NCBI RefSeq assembly: GCF_018977255.1
Contig: NW_024704742.1
Span: 57,414,001-57,478,000, forward strand
Direction: 5' to 3'
Length of the DNA stretch: 64,000 nucleotides
Source of the DNA: Callorhinchus milii
Taxonomy: Eukaryota
The notes under the pieces were generated by a model. It saw nothing but the letters and a program-made list of their open reading frames with translations. It was not told the origin of the DNA and searched no databases. This document shows positions 12,093 to 24,785 of this stretch, one piece after another (the first letter of the stretch is position 1; each line of letters begins with the position of its first letter). A program made the translations under genes and the position numbers.

Positions 12093-13770
12093 CAACAACA
12101 ACAACAATATGCACTCATGTAGCATCCTCCACGCAGGGTAGTGTCTCAGAGCACTTAACAGTGGCAGAGCCTGACTCCAAGCTGGGTGGAGGGAGGGGGT
12201 GGGGCGGATGTGGTCGATAAGGAATATTTTCAGCCGGCACTTGAAAAGGGGGAGAGAAAGGGCAAGAAGGAGGGATTGAGGGAGAGTGTTCCAGAGTTTT
12301 GAGATGTAGTGGCTGAAAGCACGACCTAGGATGTTTGGGCGGAGGGTGTGAGGGACAAGCAGGAGTCCGATGGTGGAGGCGCCGGGTGGCGGACTGGGGA
12401 GTGAGGAGGTCGGAGAGGTATGGTGGTGCCAAGGAGTGAATGGATTTGACACCATGGATCACTCAATCCTCCTCCACCGCCTCTCCTCCCACTTCAAACT
12501 TCAAAGTTTTATCCTTGACTACCTTTCACACCTCCTCCACTTAATTACGGGAAACGGCTTCTCCTCCAGCCCCCGCACTATCTCGTGTGGTGTTGCTCAG
12601 GGCTCTGTCCTCAGTCCCCTCCTCTTCACCCACTACATGCTCCCCCTTTTTGACATCATCCGCAGACATGGGGTAAATTTCCACATGGATGGGGATGACA
12701 CCCAACTCTACCTCTCTGCCTCCACCCTGAACTCCAGGACTACTGGCATCCTGACCGACTGCCTGTCTGACATCAAGACCTGGACGAGGGCTAACTTTCT
12801 CCAACTCAACGTCAGCAAGACTGAGGCCCTCCTGATTGGCTCACGGCAGTGCCTCCACACCTCAGGTGCTGGCAGCATCAGCCTCCACGGCTGTACACTC
12901 AACCTCACTGAGCCAGTCAGGAACCTGGGTGTCTTGTTTGACCCTGAACTGTCCTTTCTGCCCCATATCCGCGCCATGACCGGCACTGCCTACAACCACC
13001 TCCACAATACTGCCAGATTCCATAACTGCCTCACCCCTCAGGCTGCCTAAACACTCACTCACGCATTCATCACCTCAAGGCTGGATTACGGGAACTCCCT
13101 CCTCATCGGCCTTCCCAACTCTTTCAACCTCTCTGCCCCCACACTCTGGAACTCCATCCCATGGTCCCTTCGCCTCGCTTCCTCCCTTGCCTCCTTCAAG
13201 GCCAGTCTCAAGACCCTTCTCTTCGACTGTGCCTTTGGTCTCTCTCCCACCTCTATGCTTTCCCTCACACCTACGCCACCCCTCCCCCATGCTTGGGCCC
13301 CGACACCTGACTGTTCAGCGCTTTGGGACGTCCTCCCGACGTGAAAGGCGCTCTATAAATGTAATTTTGTTGTTGTTGTTGAACACGAGTGTGAGGATCT
13401 GTTTGGTGATGGGGAGCCCGTAGAGCCTGGCCAGAACTGGTGAGATGTGGTTGTGGAGTTTGGCCCAGGTCAGTTTGCGGGTGGCAGAGTTTTGAATGAG
13501 TGTATCGTTTGAATGGTAAAGCTGGGGAGACCGGCGAGGAGTGCGTTGGAGTAATCCAAGCAGGAGGTGACAAACACCTGCATGAGGGTTTGAGGTAAGG
13601 TACGGTCGGAGGCAGCCAATGTGGTAGAGTAGAAGAAGGTGGTCCTGGTCAGAGACTGAACGTGGGGGAAGAAGAACAGCTGGTGGTTGAACTGGGCATC
13701 TAGATTGCACACAAGTCCGGTGAATATGAAGGAGAGCCCAGGGAGGTTGAGGAGTTTAGATCCACAGGAT
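12093..13770 (-). mobile_element. L2 LINE 3' fragment (12093-12446 plus 13379-13770), interrupted by an opposite-strand L2
   Basis: Minus-strand peptides FVTSCLDYSNALLAGLP...QNSA and KSIHSLAPPYLSDLL...LWNTLPQSL join across the insertion at GATTTGA|ACACGAG. Confidence 0.85.
12445..13380 (+). mobile_element. L2 LINE, 5'-truncated, with degenerate reverse transcriptase
   Basis: FDTMDHSILLHRL...GVAQGSVLSPLLF...HMDGDDTQLY (YADD mutated)...NFLQLNVSKTE...RNLGVLFD. In-frame stop at 13050, (TTG)n tail. Confidence 0.93.
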
Positions 13771-13860
13771 CAGCAGTCGTGGATTGAGTGACCAATTTTA
13801 AAATTTATCATAGAGATCCAGCAATCGAATAACAACTGGGTTCCTACTTACTGCTAGGTA

Positions 13861-16082
13861 AACAACAACAACAACTTGGATTTACATAGTGTCCTCCACG
13901 CCGGACAGCTTCTCAGAGCGCTTTACAATAATGGATCTCAGGGCCGAGTCAGGGGGAGGGGGAAGAAGGTGACCAAAGGTGCAGTTGAAAAGAAACGTCT
14001 TTAGCCGAGACCTGAAAATAGGAAGAGAGGAGGTGAGGCGAAGGAAATGAGGAAGGGAGTTTCAGAGCCTCGGGGCCTAGTGGCTGAAGGCATGGCCGCC
14101 GATGGTGGAGAGGAGGATTCGGGGCACAATGAGGAGGCCAGACCCGGTGGAACAAAGGCAACGGGCACTGTTGTGAGGAGAGAGGAGGTCAGAGAGGTAG
14201 GGGGGTGCAGAGGAATGGAGGGATTTGAAGACAAGCATGAGGATCTTGAAATCGATCCTCTGGGACAGGCAGCCAGTGCAGTCTGGCAAGGACTGGGGTA
14301 ATCGAGGAGCGGAGTTTGGTATGGTTAAGAATGCGGGCGGCAGAATTCTGGACGACCTGGATTTTATGAATGGTAGTGGAGGGGAGACCGGTGAGGAGGG
14401 CATTTGAATAGTCCAACCAAGAGGTGACAAAGGCATGGACCAGGCTTTTGGCAGCTTTTGGGGTGAGATATTGGTGGAGATGGGCAATTCGTCGGAGGTG
14501 GAAGAAAGTGGGACTGGTGAGGGACCGGATGTGAGGGAGGAAGAATAATTGGGGGTCGAACCTGAAGCCTCAGTTGCGTACGGGTTTGGAGAGTTTTAGG
14601 GGGAGGTCGGGTAGGTGGAGGAGGTGAGAACCGTGCGATTTAAGACATTAACGAGAGCCAGAGATGATGACTTCCGTCTTGTCAACATTTAGCTGAAGGA
14701 AATTTGCGCTCATCCAGCTCCTGGTGTCTGACAGGCAGGCTGACAGAACATCAGGGGACTGGGGGTCGCAAAGTGAGATGGAAAAATAGAGTTGGGTGTC
14801 GTCCTCATACATGTGGATGACATCCCCAAGAGAGACCATATAGATCAGAAAGAGGAGGGGGCCAAGGATGGATCATTAGGGTACCGGTGACCAGGTAAGA
14901 GCAGAAGGAAAAAACGTTTGTGGAGATGTACGGCTGGCAGTTTGTGAGGTAAGACTCAAACCAGGCGAGAGCGGTCTCACTGAGGTGGATGACGGAGGAA
15001 AGGCAGTGGAGGAGGATGGCGTGATCGACTGTGTTGAATGTGGCGGAGAGGTCCAGGAGGACAAGGAGGCAGTGGGAGCCCTGGTCACAGATAGAAAGGA
15101 AGACATTTGAGACTTTCACAAGCGGAGTCTCTGTACTATGGGCAGGGCGAAACCGGACTGGAGGGGTTCAAAGAGGGAGTGGGAGGAGAGGTGTGCGCGG
15201 AGTTAATTGGCAACAATGTGTTCTAAGACTTTTGCGAGGAAGGGCAAGTTTGAAATAGGGCGGTAGTGGCTGGGGTTTGAGGGATCTAGGGAAGGTTTTT
15301 TGAGGGGGGGGGTGATGACAGGAGTTTTGAGGGAGGCAGGGATTGATCCAGAGGAGAGGGACCGGTTGATGACATCAGCCAGTAGTGGGCAGAGGAGGGA
15401 GAGCTGGGTGACCAGCAAGTTGGTGGGGAGGGGGTCGAGGCAGCAGGTGGTGGGTTTCATTGAAGTGATGGTGCGTGAGAGGGAGGAAGGAGAGATGGGG
15501 AGGAAGGAATGTAGGATGGGGTTCATGGTAGGAGCTGATGATGGGGAGGGTGTGGGGGATGGAGAGGGGGTGATGGTGGGTGACAAGAGGTAGGAGGGTG
15601 AGACTGCCTGGCGGATATTATTTATTTTGGTTGAAAAGAAGTCCATGACCTCCTCGCACTTGGCATTTGATGTGAAGATTGAGGAGGCCTGAGGGGGCAC
15701 ACAGAGGAGGTAGTGGGTGGTGGAGAAGACTTTGGAATTGTTTTTGCCTCCAAGATAATGTTGGAGTAGAAGGCCGTTTTCGCACGCATCAAAGAACGGC
15801 GGTAGCTGTGGAGATGCTCGAGCCATAGTTGGTTGTGAACTGTCAGGCCAGTTTTCTGCCATCTGCGCTTGAGCAGCTGGGTTTGGGTTTTTAGGGAGCG
15901 GAGATGACTGTTATACCAGGGGGATTGGGTGGGTTTGTAGATTTCAGGGGGATGAGAGAGTTGAAGGTGGAGGAGAGGCGATCATGGAGCAGCTGGATGG
16001 CTGTTTCAGGATCTCTGCGGGTGGAAGGCCAGAGGGATAGGATATTGGAGGATGTGAGGGCCTTTGTGACGGTCTCAGGGGG
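13861..16082 (-). mobile_element. L2 LINE, ~2.2 kb, 5'-truncated, frameshifted ORF2
   Basis: KPSLDPSNPSHYRPISNLPFLAKVLEHIV; LVLLDLSATFNTVDH; YEDDTQLY; DYSNALLTGLP...QNSAARIL. (AAC)n tail at 13861. Confidence 0.93.
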
Positions 16083-17286
16083 AGGAGTGTGGAGTAAGGA
16101 AACTTATCTAATATTTCGCCCTGCCTGGGAATCGAACCCAGGTCCTTTCGCTTGCGAGGTGAGTGCTCTAATCAATATGCTACAGGACTCTAGAGATTTG
16201 CAAACTAAAAGGTTGGGAGGCCCCAGCTGAACAAATTCGGTGGACTACTACATATTTTGTATTGGATAGCTATGCAGTTGTTATTTGTACTTTTAGTTTC
16301 TGTAGCATTTCAGGCAGTACACTGAATCACATGGTGAGGATAAAAATATAAAACATTTTTAAAAAGTGTTGTGTTCAAAATGCTTTGTCTGGATTTGTTT
16401 AAATTGTCATGCCTTAAAATATTTTAACCACATTTTGAGATAGAAGAATGTACAATGATTAATTTGGTTGGGATAATGGTGACATTGTGTCAACGATTAC
16501 ATGCTAAGCTGAGCTAAAAAGGTAACATGAAACTGTATCACAAAAGAATGAATATTGGCTCAGGTCCAATGAATAGGAATTGAATCAAGAAAATGTAAAA
16601 GCATTCATGAGTCAGGTGGGATGAATCCTTCCTTGTAAATCTTTTGTTTTCTGTAATATAACAATCATTGATTTAGTGCCTCATAACGTTGTCGAGATGT
16701 CTTAAAGTGCTTCACAGGATATACTGTAAAGTGTGTCGCTGATTTGTGGGTGAATTAAAACATGGAGGTATTACAAAGAACTAGACAAGAAACCACATTC
16801 GTAAAAAGTTTAAAACTCCAAGAAAAGCCTACTTCAAAAATGGAAACAACATTCAAGTCTTTGATGAAATGGAGCTTTATAAGGCAATATTTTGGCTTAT
16901 TTTATAATTTGCTCCAGGGAAGAGTGTGTTCTTTCTTTTGCCTTGATGTTACAATACCTTTTCAATAAGATTCTGTTTTTCACGAGAGAAACTTCCCTTG
17001 CAGTAGCTTATCTCTGGCTTTTATTCACAGCTTCAATACTTCCAAAGCATCTCTCTTTAAATGGCAGGTTTGCAACTTTACTGTAAGTTATTAGCTTGAC
17101 CATTTTGATTGTCACAATTTTTCAACAAAAATGCTAGAATTGTAAAATAAATAGTATTTGATTTAAGAGGGAGGGGTGGATGAGGGGAATTGGTGGAAAA
17201 TACAACTCTTGGAAAGAGAAATTCAGGTACAAGTCTAAAAAGTGCAATTGCAAACAGTCCTAAAAAACGTTTTTAGGCTGTAAAAT

Positions 17287-17700
17287 ATAATAATCCTTAC
17301 ATTTGATATAGCCCCTTTTCAAGACATCAGTACATCTCAAAGCACTTCACATGGAATTTATACTATAAAGAGGTGTGTAATTTGTGGGCAATGCAACAGC
17401 CAATTTGCGCACATCAAACGTCCAACAAACAGTGATGGTGTAAGTGACCAATTTTATTTGGGGCATTGTTAGCCAGAACACCAGGATCAAATACCTTCTC
17501 TTTTCAAGTAGTGGTTGGAATCCTTACAGTTTACCTGGACGGGCAGACGGGACCTTGGTTTAATGTCTCATCCAAACGACGTCATCTCCGACAATGCATT
17601 GGAAAGTCAGCATATGGGTTTCAAGTCCGGACATATGATCTGAAACCACAATCTTCCGACTTAAGTGGCAAGAGTGCTACCCACTGATCCAGGCTGACAC
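17287..17700 (-). mobile_element. Deu-domain SINE, near full length
   Basis: Minus strand begins GTGTCAGCCTGGATCAGTGGGTAGCACTCTTGCC. Deu core TTTGGATGAGACATTAAACCAAGGTCCCGTCTGCCC. (TTA)n tail. Confidence 0.8.
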
Positions 17701-18524
17701 ATCAGTTCAACACATTTTTGTAGAATTTAGGAATGCCAAAAATGTCTGCCTGTTACAACTTTAGGTAATATATGTGGAAATATGCAGTTTCATAACCGAT
17801 TCAATGTGGTAATTATCACTGGATAATAGCTATCAAACCGTTAGCAACTTGCCATGATATTCAATTATCTTTGCTGATAATCATCATATCAATTTGCTTA
17901 CTAAACCAGCACATTTGAAGAATATTTTCATATATTTTCTGGGGCATGATACAGTCAAAATATGAGTGTTGGGATGAAACAGGAATGTTACTGGGGGATA
18001 AGAAAGCATTTGCAATTCAAAGTACTATGCTGAACTTATTGTATTTGCCTGTTCAATGTTGTTGAAGATTCTGCAGCTCTATTGATGCACTGCCCTACAA
18101 AAGGGTCAGGGAAATAATGTCAGCAGCAAGAAAAATAAATCTGGCAAGTAATAAGGGATTACAAGTTTAAGGTGAGGTGACAGTTCATTCATGCCAATCT
18201 AGAAGTCCCCTTTGCATTTCAAACCAATGCTGTCTGAGTTGCACTCTTAGATGTTGACACAGCAATATGCAGCTATTAATAATCCTAAATGTTGAAGGGA
18301 GATCCATAGCACTGGAACAAATGTTTATATATATCAGATGCTTTCTTTCTACCCCAGAAAAAACAGAGCAGTCTTTCTCCACAGAATATTTTAACTTCTG
18401 TAAAAGCTTTAAAATTCAGAAATATTGTAGAAAAGTGGGGTTGAGTGTTTTACCCTGAAAGAACTTTGCCATGTTCTCAGGTTCTTCTTTAGGTAATCTT
18501 TGGCATTGCGAAGATTCAAATTGA

Positions 18525-19150
18525 ACGTTACAGCATGAAAATGAGCCATTCGGCCAAACTAATCTGCACCAGTGTTTATATTCCACAAGTCTCCATCTCC
18601 CCTAATCCCCTTTCCGGTACACCGTTATTCCCTTCTCTTATGTATTCCCTTATGTATGCATCAACTTTCCTCAAATATGTTGAAGCTTCTTGCTTCAACC
18701 ACAGTGAATTTCACATTCTTGCCAATCACCGTATAAAAGCAGTTCAATTTTAGATCTACTACTGCTACTTATGTTTATAACCACCACCCCATTTTTGGAA
18801 TCACCAAAAAGTGAAAACGGTCTATCAACAGCCACCTTTTTGAATCATTTCATAATTTTAAACACCACTATTAGATTCCATCAGTTGTCTCATCTCCAGA
18901 GAGAAAAACGCTATTCTGTCTATTCTTTCTTGTTAGCTGTATCCACTCGTGACTGGTAACATCCTTGTAAATCTACACTGCAAAGATCCAAAAGCTGCAA
19001 TATTCTTCCTGTAACAGAGTGACAAGAATTGTGTCAAATGTGGTCTAAATAAGGTTTTATATCAATGTAACATTACTTCCCTCTGTACTCTAGACATAAA
19101 GCCAAGAACTCTATTTCCATTCTTCATGGCCTTGTCCACCTGTGCTGCTA
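18525..19150 (-). mobile_element. Old CR1 LINE 3' fragment
   Basis: TTACAGCATGAAAATGAGCCATTCGGCC tail. Internal CR1-like motifs (CAAGAATTGTGTC, TCTAAATAAGGTTTTATA, TAAAGCCAAGAACTCTATTTCC). Confidence 0.6.
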
Positions 19151-20649
19151 ATTTTGAACTAATCGCAGACACCGTCCAATCCAGATGGTAAATGTAGAAC
19201 GTCCATTTCCCTAAACGCAATAATTATTTTAAACAAGTCCACTTAATCCATCTGCTGGTTACACGTGCTATTGCCATATTGCTAACCTACCATTTGTATC
19301 ACTGGCTTTGATCAGGTTGACAGGTGACTGCTTAATCCCAATGGAGGTTATGTGGAGGAAAAAATGATTGCTTAAGATGAGTAGCTGTTCATCTTGGTGG
19401 ATGCTTTATCTGTTCCATGCTAAGCCGTACGATAGAACGGTTCAGAGTAAAGGTGTCACATTGGCCACTTTAACAGGTGTAATTGCCTTCATAGATCAGT
19501 GCTCAAAGCACCTGGGAATAAATCCACACCTCCAATTCATCCAAACCACTCAGCCAAGAAAGGAATATTGAGAGGTGAACAGAACTCCCTGGGAGAACTG
19601 GGAAAATAGAGTTAGACTCAAGGGGAGTGGAGATTGGTGATAGTTTAGCAGCTGAGCAAGAAGTGAGGCACTAGTCTTATGAAATTATAATGTTAGTGAG
19701 GTAGATAACTGTATGATGCTGACAAATGCGAATGTTTGCTGTATTAGGCATTAAGAGCTATTTATAATGTTAACAGGCATCAATGGTGTTGTATTGAACA
19801 AAATTGGACAAAAAGTCCTCCATCTTGTAAGATGATAGATTGATGACACAGTCCCAGAATTAAGCAGCATCATTTACCTATTGAATATGTGCAATGAAAG
19901 TGCAGATGCCTGTTTCGTCATTGTGATGGTGCTTTGCGGGATTTGATATAGATGTGTTTTTTATTCAAAAGCAAAGTTGTTTTTAAAGCTATAAAATGAT
20001 TGATGAACCAAGGCAGGCAGCCAAGTCAGCAACAGCTGAAAGGTATCCAGTATCAATGGAAGTGGTGCTAGGAATAAGGCTGTGCCAAGTATATCATCTG
20101 CGGCAGAAGACCTTTGAGAACTATGTTTGGAGTCAAGTAGTATTCAGCTTTGGGTCCAAAATTTGTGAGGTAGTTGCTTTGGAATGATTTGTACTTTAGC
20201 TTTAAGGTATAGATTTTTTTCTTTGAATGACCTCTTTTACTGGAGAGATTGGATCTTGAATCTGATGTACAATTGAGAATTCACTGTTGAAATATTTATA
20301 TACAATCAGACCGGTTTGATTTGTAAACAGAGGTCAATGTTAAGATGAGGCTTCAAGTGGGAGGTCTGACTGTTTCAAAGCTTGCATAAAAAGTCAAGAC
20401 GGTGTTTGCTTTATCCCATGAGTTTTGTTAAGATTATGTTGTTCTCTTACTTTGAAGAGTTATTTCATCCATTCTAAAGAGCCTAGGTACGAATCACTGA
20501 TAAACAACAGTATTGATTTAGCATTAAGACCGGCAAACTGCTAAGAGAGTAAGAAAGGATGGCTTATGAAGAGCTCCATTTGGATGCGATGTTCTGAATT
20601 TGTTGGGCCAAAATAGAGAGAAGTTTACTCTGCATCTGGCTGTAATATG

Positions 20650-20812
20650 GCTAACGTAAGAGCATTTAAAGCAGGTTGGTAGGGGCTTAGCAGGTCACAG
20701 AGGTAGGGGGGAGCAAAGCCTGGGAGGGCTTTGAAAGTGAGAACCAGGAACTGTATCCTCTGTGTGATGGGAAGCCAGTAGAGTTGGGCGAGTATTGAAG
20801 AGGAGGGGATCA
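20650..20812 (-). mobile_element. L2 ORF2 C-terminal fragment
   Basis: ILAQLYWLPITQRIQFLVLTFKALPGFAPPYLCDLL. Confidence 0.8.
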
Positions 20813-21841
20813 AGGACAGAACCCTGACCTGGTCCCTGAGCCTCCACCCCTCAGTTGACTGTGGATCACCTTCTCAATCTGTAAACTGTGACTTCCCCTT
20901 CTAATCTGATATACTGTTGAGCTCTCCAACCTCCCCCCCCACCCCATCCACCCTGATGTACAATAGGAACAAGCCCCCCATACTGTAGACACACCACCCC
21001 CACACATATACTCTGGGCTCCTCCCATATACTTTGGGACCTGCCCCAGCCCTCTGTATATTGAGGAACATCCCTTTCTCCCACCTCCACCATATACTGGT
21101 GAACTTTGACCTGTAAAGATAGCCACATTGTTTCCCCAAGGAACCTGCTTTTGTGTTTTTTTATGAAGTTCTATCTGGCAATTTGATACCACAACAATGT
21201 TCCTTTAAGAAACAATCTATTTTACCTGCTGTGCTTCGTCATATACTTCTTATTTCACAGGGAATAAACAAGGCACTAAATCTTTACTGTGTTCAGATTG
21301 TTTTAACTTGATATATTTGACCAAACCCAGTTTGCTGAATCCAGTCCAACCAGCCTGACTTGCACATAAGCTGCGCACTTTTTTTGTTCTATCCCTTTTG
21401 AAAGAGCATTCAAATCACTGGATAGATTCAGCTGAAAGTAAGTATGACTAGTAAAATGCAAGGATTATTATAATTATAAAATGCTACTAACCAACCCGGG
21501 CTGACACCTGGCTAAATCCTAATGGATATGTTAGTCGTTGGAGTAGAGAGCTGGGTTACGACACTGGACTATGTGTTTCAGGTAATTTTGTAATTGAACT
21601 ATCTTGGAATTGGAGGGATAAAATAAATTATCAAAATTAGCAGATCCCCTAGGATAGCCTGGGAACAACCTGGCAGAGAAATAATCAGGCCACAGATTCC
21701 TGCTAATACTGCCTTCTCTATTAATAATTGGTGTATTTTTTAGATCTCCAAATGGAGCAGAGGAACCTCAATGCTTTCATGTGACAGAAAGTAAGTATTT
21801 TGTATATCATAATTCCCCCCGCCCTCTTCAGCTCCTCCCAC

Positions 21842-22714
21842 AACATAACATAACATGTAGGAGGAGGAGTAGGCCATTTGGCCCTTCGAGCCTACCCCGC
21901 CATTCAATCATGGCTGATCTTCTAATCTAACTCCAGCTAATAAGCTAACCCTGCCGTATCTTCATATCCCTTAATCCCTTTTGCAATAAGAAATCTATCT
22001 ATCTCAGTCTTGAATATGTTCAAGGACCGAGTGTCAACAGTCCTTTGGGGTAGTGAGTTCCATACATTCACCACCCTTTGAGTGAAGAAGTTCTTCCTCA
22101 ACTCAGTGTGAAAGGGCTGGCCTCTGATTTTAAGGTTGTGACCCCTGGTTTTAGTTTCTCCAACCAGGGGAAACAGTCTCCCACTATCTACTCTATCATG
22201 CCCTTTGATGATCTTATAGGTTTCTATAAGATCCCCTCTAATTCTTCTATATTCTAGAGAATATAGGCCCAAATTGGTCAGCCTATCCTCGTAACTCATC
22301 CCCTTCATCCCTGGTACTAACCCAGTAAATCTATGCTGTACCCCGTCCAAAGCAAATACTTCCTTCCTTAAATAAGGAGACCAAAACTGCACACAGTATT
22401 CCAGGTATGGTCTCACCAGGGCCCTATACAGTTGCAGCAAGACTTCCCTACTCTTATACTCTAATCCTTTCATAATGAATGCTAACATACCGTTCGCCTT
22501 CCTAATTGCTGCTGCACCACAGACTAACTTTCTGTGATTGGTGTACAAGGACACACCAAGTCCCTCTGGACGCTAACACATTCCAATCTCTCCCCTTCTA
22601 AAAATAACCCGCTCTACTGTTTTTGCTACCTAGGTGGATGACTTCACACTTCCCTACATTATACTTCATCTGCCACCTACCTGCCCAATCACCTAACCTA
22701 TCTATGTCGCCCAG
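21842..22714 (-). mobile_element. CR1 LINE, 5'-truncated, relatively young (ORF2 C-terminus open)
   Basis: ORF 21937-22554: KANGMLAFIMKGLEYKSREVLLQLYRALVRPYLEYCVQFWSPYLRKE...RGDLIETYKII...FFTQRVVNVWNSLP. (TTATG)n tail. Confidence 0.95.
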
Positions 22715-22716
22715 CT

Positions 22717-22822
22717 CGAGAGAATTCCATACATTCCACCTACATGGAAATCCCAGAGATAGATTGTTGAAATGGAATGTGCACTCTCTCCTTGGAGGGA
22801 TGTATCCTGCTTACCTAATTAC
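22717..22822 (-). repeat. Family X internal fragment
   Basis: GAGAATTCCATACATTCCACCTACA...TGGAATGTGCACTCTCTCCTTGGAGGGATGTATCCTGCTTACCTAA. Confidence 0.6.
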
Positions 22823-23754
22823 GGAAAGTAAGATTGACCTTTGTATTTTCTTTTTACTGTGAAACTGCATTGAAAGGGATTATTTTCCATCACAATTTCT
22901 GCAAAGGAATTCTTGCTGTATGTAGGGGTGAACAATGCAACATTCAATGCGATAATTACCACGAGGGATACTCTATTGTCGCATTGAATTTGATCTGTTT
23001 CACCCCTGATTTCAAATAGGAGAACGTATATAAAGAGAATAAAAACTCGCTTTGCATCTGCTTCTTTTGCTCCCTTCATTATTTGAAGGTTTGCTCCTGG
23101 TTGAAGATGTTTCTTTTAATAACAACTCACAATCTACTTATGTTTACTGACCTTGCAATTGAACACTATGTAAGGTATACAGGAAGCACTGTACTGAAGA
23201 GGATGGACCCACAGTTTTACTTAAATAGTTAAATCATTGAATTACAGAGCTGAGATATTCATTTCTCAACTATGCCACATTTACTCTACTCATTTCAATA
23301 TACAACAATAGTATTTTACAATGCAGATAAAGGCCATTAGACTCATTGCGTAACTGCTGGCTTTTTAAAAGACCAATCAATTCAGACCATTTACCTACCT
23401 TTTCCTCATAAGTCTCTCACGTCCTCCTGACATGAAAGGCGCTATACAAATGTAATGTTATATTGTATAAGACCCAAACTATCTCATTCCCTCATAAAAG
23501 CTAATTAATATGAATCCTGTCTTGACCACCTAACCCGGCAAGATATTACACATTCTAACATCTGTTTAAAAAAAATCCTTTTTAACTCCTAATCGAATAC
23601 AATTAATATGAGAACAATCCTTCAATCACTGTCCTATTGCTATTGTTATTAACAGTGGTCAGTAGCGTACATAGTAGTGTATGCCGAAAATTCATGCCCT
23701 ATGAACACACGCAAAACCTACATCTATTCTGCCATAAGTCACTATTTGTTACTG

Positions 23755-24387
23755 TCTCACACCGCAGGCCGCTGAAACCCTCATACACGCATTCATAACA
23801 TTGAGGCTTGAATATGCAAACTCCCTGTTTGTCAGCCTCCCCAACTCCTTCCTCAATAGGTTGCAGATCATCCAGAACTCTGCAGCCCGTGTCCTCTCCC
23901 GCACTAGAATCCGTTGACTCCATCACCCCCACCCTCGCCCAACTCCACTGGCTTCCCATCACACAGAGGATGCAGTTTAAGATCCTGGTCCTTACCTTGC
24001 AAGCTCTCCATGGCCTTGCTCACCCCTACCTCTGCGACCTCCTAACCCTCCACCATCCTGCTCGCTCCCTTCGCTCAGCGAGCTCTGGCCTGCTTCATGT
24101 CCCCCACCTCACCCGCTCCACCATTGGTGGATGGGCCTTCTACCACTCTACTCCCACCCTCTGGAACTCTTTCCCATAGTCCCTCTGCCTCACCCCCTCC
24201 TTTACCTCCTTCAAGACCCATCTGAAGACCCTACTCTTCGACCGTGACTTTGGTAATCCTCCTTCCCCACCTGACCCCCACCATCCCTGATCCTGACTCC
24301 CAGCTCAGGTCCAAAACACTGGCTGTCCAGCACCTTGGACGTCCTCACGACGTGAAAGGCGCTATACAAATGTAATGTTGTTGTTGT
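23755..24387 (+). mobile_element. L2 LINE 3' fragment
   Basis: DSITPTLAQLHWLPITQRMQFKILVLTLQALHGLAHPYLCDLL...LWNSFP. (TTG)n tail. Confidence 0.9.
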
Positions 24388-24785
24388 CACCAGGATTGCA
24401 GTTGCAATGCTATCAATGATTGTCAAAATGTAATTGTGAGCTAAAACCACTGTCAACTGTTTCATTTGCCTGATACGTGTTGAAACGGTCTCAACTCAAC
24501 TAGCCAATACAAGTGCATAAGACACTCAGACAGTTGGGGCATGAGATCCTAGTATTAAATCGGGACAAAGGAAAGGATGGAAGGCCTTTTCTCATTAATG
24601 TTTTGCAGAATCATAGGAGAATTCCAACAGTGAGAGTTAATTACCTTTCTAGCAGACTAACCTGGCGTAAAATATCTACAATATTTAGCAGCAACTGCTC
24701 AGAAAGGTGCAAGGTTGAAAATATTCAATATTATAATTCTATTTGTTATTGTTACTGTTTGTTACTTTAAACATTTAGCTAGTTT

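Larger units (their letters stand above)
11942..16190 (-). mobile_element. S1 SINE split into three pieces (11942-12092, 13771-13862, 16083-16190) by L2 insertions
   Basis: The three pieces join colinearly when compared with the copy at 61404-61720. Confidence 0.8.

Noticed and set aside
12370..13050. 226-aa RT-like ORF as a functional gene
   Set aside because: Chimera of two opposite-strand L2 fragments. The YADD motif is mutated, and the ORF is truncated with a premature stop.
15203..15862. 219-aa ORF
   Set aside because: Part of a frameshifted, 5'-truncated L2 ORF2.
22765..22800. WNVHSL peptide resembling the APE-endonuclease start motif
   Set aside because: It lies antisense to the inferred family X orientation and is not followed by the expected DxxxLQE motif in any copy I translated.
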